24,000 nucleotides of DNA from Paracoccus versutus (lineage in GTDB: Bacteria; Pseudomonadota; Alphaproteobacteria; Rhodobacterales; Rhodobacteraceae), in contig NZ_JRKO01000020.1 in assembly GCF_000763885.1 (NCBI RefSeq), positions 24,602-48,601 on the forward strand, written 5' to 3'. Below the pieces are notes generated by a model. That model was not told the origin of the DNA. It ran no database searches and was given only the letters and a program-made list of their open reading frames with translations. Of this stretch, positions 16,848 through 23,553 are shown piece by piece. The position numbers were made by a program, and so were the translations under genes. Each line of letters begins with the position of its first letter. Position 1 is the first letter of the stretch.

Positions 16848-16965
16848 CCGAGGATCGCCGCGTTCACGCGATTGTCAGCCCCAACGGGCGCAGGCTGGCC
16901 GATCATGGTGGGGCGGCCCCATCCGCCGCGACGCAGTCCCGACCCACATCCCAAGGAGGTCCGAC

Positions 16966-17352
16966 ATGCAGATCCGAGCCCGCACCCTTTCCTCCGTCAT
17001 GCTTGCCGCCGCGCTGGCGCTAGGCACCATGCCCGCGCTGGCGCATCACGGCTGGTCCTGGGCCGAGGGGGAACAGACGACGCTCGAGGGAACCGTCGAG
17101 AGCGTCTCGATGAGCCCGCCCCATCCCACGCTTCAGGTCCGCGACGCCCAGGGCACCGTCTGGCAGGTCGACCTGGGCAATCCCAACCAGACCGCCCGCT
17201 CGGGCTTTACCGCCGACACGGCAGAGCCGGGCGATGCGATCACGGTGATCGGCAATCGCAACCAGGATCAAAGCGCGCATATGAAGGCCGTCCGCATCGT
17301 GATCGACGGGCAGAACTACGACATGTATCCCGAGCGCATCCAGGCGGACTGA
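16966..17352 (+). CDS. Secreted small protein, DUF6152-like (function unknown)
   Basis: AAGGAGG lies upstream of ATG 16966. The signal peptide MQIRARTLSSVMLAAALALGTMPALA is followed by HHGWSW... The pattern ..LEGTVESVSMSPPHPTLQVRDAQGTVWQVDLG..GDAITVIGNR.. resembles the DUF6152 family as I recall it (AHHS.. then an OB-like core). Confidence 0.6.
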   Translation: MQIRARTLSSVMLAAALALGTMPALAHHGWSWAEGEQTTLEGTVESVSMSPPHPTLQVRDAQGTVWQVDLGNPNQTARSGFTADTAEPGDAITVIGNRNQDQSAHMKAVRIVIDGQNYDMYPERIQAD

Positions 17353-17355
17353 GCC

Positions 17356-17829
17356 GTGCAGGAACTCGCGGCCTGGGCCGAGGGCACCGCGCTTGCCGCG
17401 GCGCTGCGCCGGTCGGGCCATCTCTACATGGTGGTGAACGCCACGCATATCCTGGGCATCGCGCTGCTGCTGGGCGCGATCGTTCCGCTGGACCTGCGCC
17501 TTGTCGGGATCGTCCGCGGCGGGGCGCTGCGCGTGCTGGCGCCCTTCCTGTCCCGCGCGGCGGGGGCCGGGCTTGCCATCGCCCTTGCGACCGGCCCGGT
17601 GCTGTGGTCGGTCTCGGCCCGCGACTATCTGGCCAATGCCGCCTTTCGCTGGAAGATCGCGCTGATCGGCCTTGGCCTTGCGGTCGTCGCCCTGCAACAT
17701 GCCGGCAAGGGCTGGCAACAGGCGGTCGAGACCGGGGTGCCCAGCCCGGATGCGCGCATCCTGGCGGCGCTTTCGCTGGCGATCTGGGTGTCGGTGCTGC
17801 TGGCGGGGCGCTGGATCGGCTTTCTGTGA
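17356..17829 (+). CDS. Four-TM inner-membrane protein (DUF6644-like?, function unknown)
   Basis: The GTG start lies 4 nt after the upstream stop. There are four hydrophobic segments: LYMVVNATHILGIALLLGAIVPL, AGAGLAIALATGPVLW, WKIALIGLGLAVVAL and ILAALSLAIWVSVLLAGRWIGF. Family assignment is from memory only. Confidence 0.55.
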   Translation: MQELAAWAEGTALAAALRRSGHLYMVVNATHILGIALLLGAIVPLDLRLVGIVRGGALRVLAPFLSRAAGAGLAIALATGPVLWSVSARDYLANAAFRWKIALIGLGLAVVALQHAGKGWQQAVETGVPSPDARILAALSLAIWVSVLLAGRWIGFL

Positions 17830-17943
17830 CGCCCCGCGCACCGCTGCATCGGAAATCCTGAGACGCTGGCAAGGGAATGGCGATTTTTTGCGGCGGCGCG
17901 GCTTCGCTAGTCTTGGGCAAACGGCCAGGACGACGAGTTGCCC

Positions 17944-18711
17944 ATGACCCAGATTCCCTTTTCCCATCCGTTCCGCCCGGAACTGGTGATCCTGCGCAGC
18001 GGCATCGCGACGGGATCGGCGCTGCGCCGGGGCGTCGTCGTGCTGGGGAATTTCGACGGCTTCCACCGCGGCCACCAGTTCCTGATCCGCTCGGCCCGCC
18101 GGATCGCGGCGGATGGCCGCGCGGTCGGCGTCATGTCGGTCGAGCCCCATCCGCGCCAGGTGTTCTGCCCCGAGGCCGCGCCCTTTCGCCTGGCCCTGCC
18201 CGAGCAGAAGCACCGCACGGCGCGGCGCATCGGGCTGGACTACCTGTTCGAGCCGGTCTTCGACCGCGCCTTTGCCGGCATGACGCCCTGCGCGTTCATC
18301 GACGAGGTGCTGTGCCGGCGGCTGGGGGTTTCGCATGTCGTGGTCGGCGCGGATTTCCATTTCGGCGCGAAACGCGCCGGCACCACCCGGACCCTGGCGC
18401 AGGAATGCACCGCGCGCGGCATCGGCGTCACGGTGCTGCCGTTGCAGGGCGGCTTTTCCTCGACCGCCGCGCGCCAGGCGATCCTGGCCGGCGACATGCG
18501 GCAGGCACGGCGCTGCCTCGGCCGCCCGTGGGAAGGCGTGCTGGATGCCGGCCGGCTTGCGCCCGACCAGATCCGCCCGCCGGCGGGGCGCTATCTGGTC
18601 CGAACCCAGCGGTCCGCGCAGGCAGGGCCGGTCCGGCTGGACGCGGACGGCCGCATCCTGTCCCCCGAAAGCCTGCCGCGCCGGATCGAATTCCTGGATC
18701 GGCACGACTGA
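17944..18711 (+). CDS. RibF-like FMN adenylyltransferase (FAD synthetase) with a truncated/degenerate riboflavin-kinase half
   Basis: ..VVVLGNFDGFHRGHQFLI.., ..VVVGADFHFGAKRAG.. and ..FSSTAARQAI.. match the RibF N-terminal domain. Only about 70 aa follow, and there is no GFPTAN-type motif. The start is ATG 17944 (the track begins at TTG 17938). Confidence 0.7.
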   Translation: MTQIPFSHPFRPELVILRSGIATGSALRRGVVVLGNFDGFHRGHQFLIRSARRIAADGRAVGVMSVEPHPRQVFCPEAAPFRLALPEQKHRTARRIGLDYLFEPVFDRAFAGMTPCAFIDEVLCRRLGVSHVVVGADFHFGAKRAGTTRTLAQECTARGIGVTVLPLQGGFSSTAARQAILAGDMRQARRCLGRPWEGVLDAGRLAPDQIRPPAGRYLVRTQRSAQAGPVRLDADGRILSPESLPRRIEFLDRHD

Positions 18712-18739
18712 TCCGCCTTGCCCGAGAAAAAGGAGCCCC

Positions 18740-19294
18740 ATGGACCTGCCCCTGCACCTGCCGGCCAGCACCTATCGCACCATGCCGTGGAAGAACGGCA
18801 CCGGCGCCACCGACGAGATCTGGCTCTGGCCGCCCCGCAGCGACCGCGACGCCTTTTCGATCCGCATCTCGCGCGCGCCGATCCTGGCGGATGGCGGCTT
18901 TTCCGCCTTTGCCGGCGCCGACCGGGTCATCACGCTGATCGAGGGCACGGGGCTGGTGCTGGATTTCGGCCATCGCCGCGAACATCTGGCGCCGCTCGCC
19001 CCGTTCCGCTTCGACACCGGCCTGGCGCCCCAGGGGCGGCCGGTCGGCGGTCCGGTCCGGGTCTTCAACGTCATGGCCGATCGCAACGACTGGACCATCC
19101 CCGATGCCGCGGTGCTTGAGAAGGGAACGGCGGAGGCGACCGGCCTGACCGTCCTCTTCGCGCTGGAAGCCCAGCAGGCCAGGACCGGCGGCCGCCTGCA
19201 CGACTTGGCCCGTCAGGATACGCTGATCTGCGGGCCGGGCCCGCTGCGGCGCGGCGGGCGGGCGCTGGTCGTCACCCTAGCGCCCGCGGGCTGA
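18740..19294 (+). CDS. hutD: HutD/Ves-family protein
   Basis: AAAAGGAG lies upstream of ATG 18740. The sequence MDLPLHLPASTYRTMPWKNGTGATDEIWLWP... has the W-x-N-G-x-G-x-T-x-E-I signature of HutD/Ves. The track ORF from 18335 is an upstream extension that overlaps the previous gene. Confidence 0.7.
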   Translation: MDLPLHLPASTYRTMPWKNGTGATDEIWLWPPRSDRDAFSIRISRAPILADGGFSAFAGADRVITLIEGTGLVLDFGHRREHLAPLAPFRFDTGLAPQGRPVGGPVRVFNVMADRNDWTIPDAAVLEKGTAEATGLTVLFALEAQQARTGGRLHDLARQDTLICGPGPLRRGGRALVVTLAPAG

Positions 19295-19302
19295 CGGGGG
19301 GC

Positions 19303-19320
19303 GCGGGCCGCCAGGCCCGC
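19303..19320. terminator. Hairpin between convergent hutD-like and flavin-reductase-fusion genes
   Basis: GCGGGCC (19303-19309), loop GCCA, then GGCCCGC (19314-19320). It lies within the 31-nt convergent gap. Confidence 0.4.
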
Positions 19321-19325
19321 ACGCA

Positions 19326-20495
19326 TCAGGCCCGCGCGAATTTCTCGCGGCATTTCTGGGCGAAACGCTGGGCGGCGCTGGACAGCGCATGCCCCTTGCG
19401 CCAGGCCAGCACGATCTGCGACAGCGCATGATCGCCCGCCAGCGGCAGCGCCACCAGCGGCAGCCCGTCATAGCTCATGCTCGATGCGGGCTTGGTGCAA
19501 AGCAGCGTATAGCCCAGCCCATGCGCGACCATGCCCCGCACCATCTCGAACGAGGCCGAGCGATGCGCGATCAGCGGCTCGACCCCCTGCGCCTCGAGGA
19601 TGCCGGTGAAATAGGCGCTGGAGGGCGGCGCATCCAGAAGCACCATCGGCTCGGCCGCCAACTCGGTCGGCAGGATCTCGGCCTGCCGGGCCATCGGATG
19701 ATCCTCGGCCATCAGCACATAGGGCTTCAGCACGCTCAGCGCCTGCCAGTCGAAACGCTCGTCCAGGTCGTTGTCGTAGATCACCGCGATCTCGGTCTCG
19801 CCCGAGACCAGGCTTTCGGTCAGCCGGCGCTGGTCCCCTTCCAGCAGCTCGATGTCGAGCCCGCCCAGTTGCCGGATCAGCGAGGGCATCAGGAACGGCC
19901 CGAAGGTGTGGAAGCAGCCGACCTTCAGCTTGATCCCTTCGCCGTTCAGCACGCCCCGCATGCTGCGCGGCGCCTCGATCCGGCGCGACGAGCCATAGGA
20001 GCGGTTGGCATAGATCAGCGGCGAGCCGAGCCGCGCGCTATGCGTGTCCTCGACGCCGCACAGCAGGACGTGATGCGTGCCCACCCGCTCGGCCGACAGC
20101 ACCCGGCATTCGAAGGCGACCAGCGGGTCGGCGACGCGGGGCGTGCCATTGGCCAGCACCACCCAGTCGGTGCATTCGAACTTGTCGCCCAGCTCGTCCT
20201 TGAAGCGGCCGGCGAAGGCTTCCGAGATATAGGACTGGTCCTCGCGCAGCACGTTCACGCAAAGGACGCCGTTCTCGATGATCTTCGGCGCCGCCGGGCT
20301 GAGGTGATGCACGCAGATCAGCAGCGTCGGCGCCTCGCCATCGGCCGAGACCGAGGCCATGGCCGAAACCGTGACGCCCGCCCTGCCCGCCGGCCCGTCG
20401 GTGGTCACGACATTCACCGTGCAGGCGGCATGGCTCATCCCGGCGACGAAACGGTCGCGCAGCGGGATCTGGGGCATCTGCGGGTCGGCATTCAT
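19326..20495 (-). CDS. Fusion protein: N-terminal flavin reductase (HpaC/RutF-like FMN-binding split barrel) plus C-terminal LysR-type substrate-binding domain, with no HTH
   Basis: The N-terminal part reads ..FVAGMSHAACTVNVVTTDGPAGRAGVTVSAMASVSADGEAPTLLICVHH..CVNVLREDQSYISEAFAG..VGTHHVLLCGVEDTH..PLIYANRSYG. The C-terminal part reads ..LKVGCFHTFGPFLMPSLIRQL..LLEGDQRRLTESLVSGETEIAVIYD..PMVLLDAPPSSAYF..MVAHGLGYTLL.. and aligns with the effector domain of the neighbouring LTTR. AAGGAAAG lies upstream of ATG 20495. It is a single uninterrupted frame of 389 aa. Confidence 0.75.
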   Translation of the reverse strand: MNADPQMPQIPLRDRFVAGMSHAACTVNVVTTDGPAGRAGVTVSAMASVSADGEAPTLLICVHHLSPAAPKIIENGVLCVNVLREDQSYISEAFAGRFKDELGDKFECTDWVVLANGTPRVADPLVAFECRVLSAERVGTHHVLLCGVEDTHSARLGSPLIYANRSYGSSRRIEAPRSMRGVLNGEGIKLKVGCFHTFGPFLMPSLIRQLGGLDIELLEGDQRRLTESLVSGETEIAVIYDNDLDERFDWQALSVLKPYVLMAEDHPMARQAEILPTELAAEPMVLLDAPPSSAYFTGILEAQGVEPLIAHRSASFEMVRGMVAHGLGYTLLCTKPASSMSYDGLPLVALPLAGDHALSQIVLAWRKGHALSSAAQRFAQKCREKFARA

Positions 20496-20550
20496 GGCTG
20501 CTTTCCTTGCGTGGGGTTCGTTCCGATTGTCCTGAATGCAGATTGCCGGC

Positions 20551-20569
20551 TTTTGCCGTCGAGCCAAAA
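20551..20569. promoter_or_regulatory. LTTR-box-like inverted repeat TTTTG-N9-CAAAA (T-N11-A architecture)
   Basis: TTTTG (20551-20555), a 9-nt spacer, then CAAAA (20565-20569). It is an AT-rich dyad in the 96-nt gap between the lysR stop and the fusion-gene start, about 55-75 nt upstream of ATG 20495. Confidence 0.3.
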
Positions 20570-20591
20570 TCGTGTTTTCCGCAGCTCTGCC

Positions 20592-21560
20592 TCAGGAAGA
20601 TTGATGGGCCGGATGATCGGGGCCGCATTCGGTCTGCCCGGCCGGCAGCATGCCCGGCAGGGCGCCGTCGCCGATCACCTCGCGGCAATAGTCGACAAAG
20701 GCCTCGGCCGCGCGCGACCGGCGCAGCTCGGTCAGGGAGGCGATGCCGAAGGCGATGGATTGCGAGACGTCCTCGATCGGCAGATAGACCAGCGGCAGAC
20801 CGTTCTCGGCGTGGCGGTTGGCAGGCCGGACGGTCATCATGCTGTAGCCGATGCCCGCCGCGACATAGGAACGCAGCGACGCGGTGGACGAGGTCTCCAT
20901 CACGATCCGGGGGGTGCCGCCGATCTTGCGGAACATGCCCAGGAAATAGTCGCGCGTCAGCGGCGGGTCCAGCAGGACGAAGGGGTCGTCGATCAGCTCG
21001 GCCAGCCGGATCGACCGGCGCCCCGCCATGCGATGCCCGGCCCCGACGATGACATAGGTCCTGAGCCGCGCCAGCTCGATGAACGAGACATCCGGCGGCA
21101 GGTTCAGGTCATAGGTCAGCGCCAGGTCGATCCGCGCCAGCCGCAGCTTTTCCAAGAGATCGACCTCGCTGCCCTCGGTCATGGTCATCTGCACCGCCTC
21201 GTAGCGGCCCGAGAAGCCGGTCCAGAGTTCCGGCGCGATCAGCGGCGCGAAGGTGAAGAAGGTGCCGACATTCAGCGTCCCCGCGACATGGTCGTTCACG
21301 TCGCTGGCCACGTCGTAAAGCTCGGAGGCGGCGCGCAGCGATTCCTTGGCCGCGCGCAGCAGCCGGGTGCCCGCGGGGGTCAGCGACAGGCCCTGCGCGT
21401 GATGGCGCACGAAAAGCTGCACGTTCAGTTCGGTCTCCAGATGCGCGATGGCGGCCGAGATCGAGGGCTGCGAGATATTGACCTGCTCGGCGGCCTTCGT
21501 GACCGACAGCGTCTCGCCCGCCGCGATGAAATAGCTGAGTTGCCTGAGCGTGAATCGCAT
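20592..21560 (-). CDS. LysR-family transcriptional regulator (full length)
   Basis: MRFTLRQLSYFIAAGETLSVTKAAEQVNISQPSISAAIAHLETELNVQLFVRHHAQGLSLTPAG.. is the canonical LTTR winged HTH. It is followed by a PBP2-type effector domain. Confidence 0.9.
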   Translation of the reverse strand: MRFTLRQLSYFIAAGETLSVTKAAEQVNISQPSISAAIAHLETELNVQLFVRHHAQGLSLTPAGTRLLRAAKESLRAASELYDVASDVNDHVAGTLNVGTFFTFAPLIAPELWTGFSGRYEAVQMTMTEGSEVDLLEKLRLARIDLALTYDLNLPPDVSFIELARLRTYVIVGAGHRMAGRRSIRLAELIDDPFVLLDPPLTRDYFLGMFRKIGGTPRIVMETSSTASLRSYVAAGIGYSMMTVRPANRHAENGLPLVYLPIEDVSQSIAFGIASLTELRRSRAAEAFVDYCREVIGDGALPGMLPAGQTECGPDHPAHQSS

Positions 21561-21640
21561 CGTCTTGGTCCCCTGTCATGCGCGCAAAGTGGCAACATTC
21601 TTTCTGCGCTGGCCCGCCGAAAGGGAAGCTGGTTCTTGGG

Positions 21641-22813
21641 TCAGGCCGCCGGCGCCTCCAGCGCGTCGAGCAGGCGCGACAGCATCCGGTCGCAGGCCGA
21701 CAGCTGTTCGGCGGCGATGAATTCGTCGGGCTTGTGGCCCTGTTCCATGAAGCCCGGCCCGCAGATCGCCGTGGACATGCCCAGGCCCTGATGGAACAGC
21801 CCGCCTTCGGTCCCGAAGGCGACCTTGATCGCCGGCCCATCCTGGCCGGTGATGCGGCGCAGCAGCCGGACCGCGGGCGCGTCCTCGGGGGCATCGAGAC
21901 CCGGATAGCCCGAGACCGTCTCGATCTCGATCCGTGCCTCGGGGAAACGGGCGCGATGCGGGGCGGCGATGGCCTCGGCGTCGCCGGCGATGGCGGCCAG
22001 GATCGCGGCGGGGTCGTCGGCGACGATGTTGCGGATCTCGAAGTCGATCTCGCAGCGGTTCGGCACGATGTTCAGCGCCGTGCCGCCCTGCATGAGGCCG
22101 GCATGGATGGTGGAAAAGGGAATGTCATAGGCCGGGTCGCGGGCGCCGGCTCGGACCAGTTCCTCTTGCCGGGCCTGAAGACTGGCGATGAAGGCCGCGC
22201 CCAGGTGCAAGGCGTTCAGCGCGTTCGGGGCCAGCGCCGAATGGCCCTCGCGGCCGTGGCAGCAGGCGCGGCAGGCGAGCTTGCCCTTGTGGCCGGTGGC
22301 GATGCGCATGCCGGTCGGCTCGCCCACGATGCAAAGCGCCGGGCGGTCGGGACGCGCGGCCAGCGCCTCGATCATGCCGCGCACGCCCATGCAGCCGATC
22401 TCCTCGTCATACGACAGCGCCAGGTGCAGCGGCCTGCGCAGGTCGCGCCGGGCGGCGCCGATCGCGGCATGGACCGCGGCGGCGACGAAGCCCTTCATGT
22501 CCGCCGTGCCGCGCCCGTAATAGCGCCCGTCCCGCTCGGTCAGGGCAAAGGGATCGACGCTCCAGTCCTGGCCGGCCACCGGCACCACGTCGGTATGGCC
22601 CGACAGCACCACGCCCCCCGGCCCCTCGGGACCGATGGTCGCCCAGAGATTGGCGCGGCTGCCATCGGCATGGGCGAAGCGTTCGACGCGCGCGCCCGCC
22701 GGCACCAGCAGCCCCTCGACATAATCCAGCAGGTCGAGGTTCGGGCGGCGGGACAGCGTCTCATAGGCAACCAGCCGGCGCAGGATGTCGACGGTCGAGG
22801 GGATCGCGGTCAT
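21641..22813 (-). CDS. M20-family amidohydrolase, acetylornithine deacetylase (ArgE)-like
   Basis: Motifs ..VVLSGHTDVVPVAGQDWSVDPF.., ..GRGTADMKGFVAA.., ..YDEEIGC.., ..GEPT.., and C-terminal ..CGPGFMEQGHKPDEFI... The start is MTAIPSTVDIL at 22813, with AAGGA upstream. Confidence 0.8.
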   Translation of the reverse strand: MTAIPSTVDILRRLVAYETLSRRPNLDLLDYVEGLLVPAGARVERFAHADGSRANLWATIGPEGPGGVVLSGHTDVVPVAGQDWSVDPFALTERDGRYYGRGTADMKGFVAAAVHAAIGAARRDLRRPLHLALSYDEEIGCMGVRGMIEALAARPDRPALCIVGEPTGMRIATGHKGKLACRACCHGREGHSALAPNALNALHLGAAFIASLQARQEELVRAGARDPAYDIPFSTIHAGLMQGGTALNIVPNRCEIDFEIRNIVADDPAAILAAIAGDAEAIAAPHRARFPEARIEIETVSGYPGLDAPEDAPAVRLLRRITGQDGPAIKVAFGTEGGLFHQGLGMSTAICGPGFMEQGHKPDEFIAAEQLSACDRMLSRLLDALEAPAA

Positions 22814-22818
22814 GGAAA

Positions 22819-22857
22819 TCCTTGTCGCAAGGACGGGGGGCGGAACGGGCCGCCCCC
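22819..22857 (-). other. Two hairpins in the DUF1028-M20 intergenic gap; one contains the M20 Shine-Dalgarno
   Basis: TCCTTG (22819-22824) pairs with CAAGGA (22828-22833) around a 3-nt loop and covers the AAGGA ribosome-binding site. GGGGGCGG (22836-22843) pairs with CCGCCCCC (22850-22857) around a 6-nt loop. Confidence 0.35.
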
Positions 22858-22868
22858 GCGTCGGGGGA

Positions 22869-23546
22869 TCATTCGTCGCCGGGCACGCCATAGCTCGGCG
22901 CGGCGTCGGGGTTCAGCGCGCGGGTCACATAGGCGTCCATCTCAAGCCGCCAGCGTTCCCACAGGGCGGCGCAATCCTCGATGGGATCGCCCTCGCTCCA
23001 GTCGATGCGCAGGTCGGCGATGGGCCAGCTGACCTTGTCCACGATCAGCATGCCCATGGAATGCACCGGCCCCTCTTCGCCGCCCGCGGCGACCGAGGCG
23101 CGCATGCCCGCCAGCAGCCGGTCGCCCAGGTGCCGGCCCCTGGCCGCCATGAAGGCATCGACCATCTTCTGCGGGATCCCGGCCGAGCGCAGCAGGTTGC
23201 CCGCCGCCGCCACGCCCTCGCCATGGGCGATGCCATGCGTGCCCAGCGTCCGGGCGCCGGAACGCCCGGCGGTGCGGCCCGCCGCATCGACCAGCGCCAG
23301 CTGGCGATACTCGACATGCGACGCCCCGGCCACCAGCCGCTCCAGTGCCTCGGCCGCCGAAAGCCCCTGCGCCATCAGGTCCAGCCCCTTGGGCCCCAGG
23401 CTCGGGTCGGTGACGTTCTGGGTCGCGACCACCCCCACGCCCGCCCGCGCATGGGCGCAACGCGCCGCCACGCAGGGCGAGGAGGAGGAGACGGCGATGC
23501 CGAACATGCCGGTCTCGGGGCAGCGGGCGGAGATCGAGAAGGTCAT
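22869..23546 (-). CDS. DUF1028-family protein (Ntn-hydrolase-like fold)
   Basis: MTFSISARCPETGMFGIAVSSSSPCVAARCAHARAGVGVVATQN.. is a typical DUF1028 N-terminus, with Thr2 as the putative N-terminal nucleophile. It starts 7 nt after the upstream stop. Confidence 0.7.
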   Translation of the reverse strand: MTFSISARCPETGMFGIAVSSSSPCVAARCAHARAGVGVVATQNVTDPSLGPKGLDLMAQGLSAAEALERLVAGASHVEYRQLALVDAAGRTAGRSGARTLGTHGIAHGEGVAAAGNLLRSAGIPQKMVDAFMAARGRHLGDRLLAGMRASVAAGGEEGPVHSMGMLIVDKVSWPIADLRIDWSEGDPIEDCAALWERWRLEMDAYVTRALNPDAAPSYGVPGDE

Positions 23547-23553
23547 GTCCGCC

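Noticed and set aside
18335-18739. 135-aa upstream extension of the HutD-like ORF
   Set aside because: It lies in an alternative frame of the RibF-like gene and has shadow-type composition. ATG 18740 has a strong AAAAGGAG RBS and gives a normal-length HutD.
19389-21791. 800-aa + strand ORF over the fusion gene, the LTTR gene and part of the M20 gene
   Set aside because: It crosses two intergenic gaps and is antisense to three recognisable genes. Shadow ORF.
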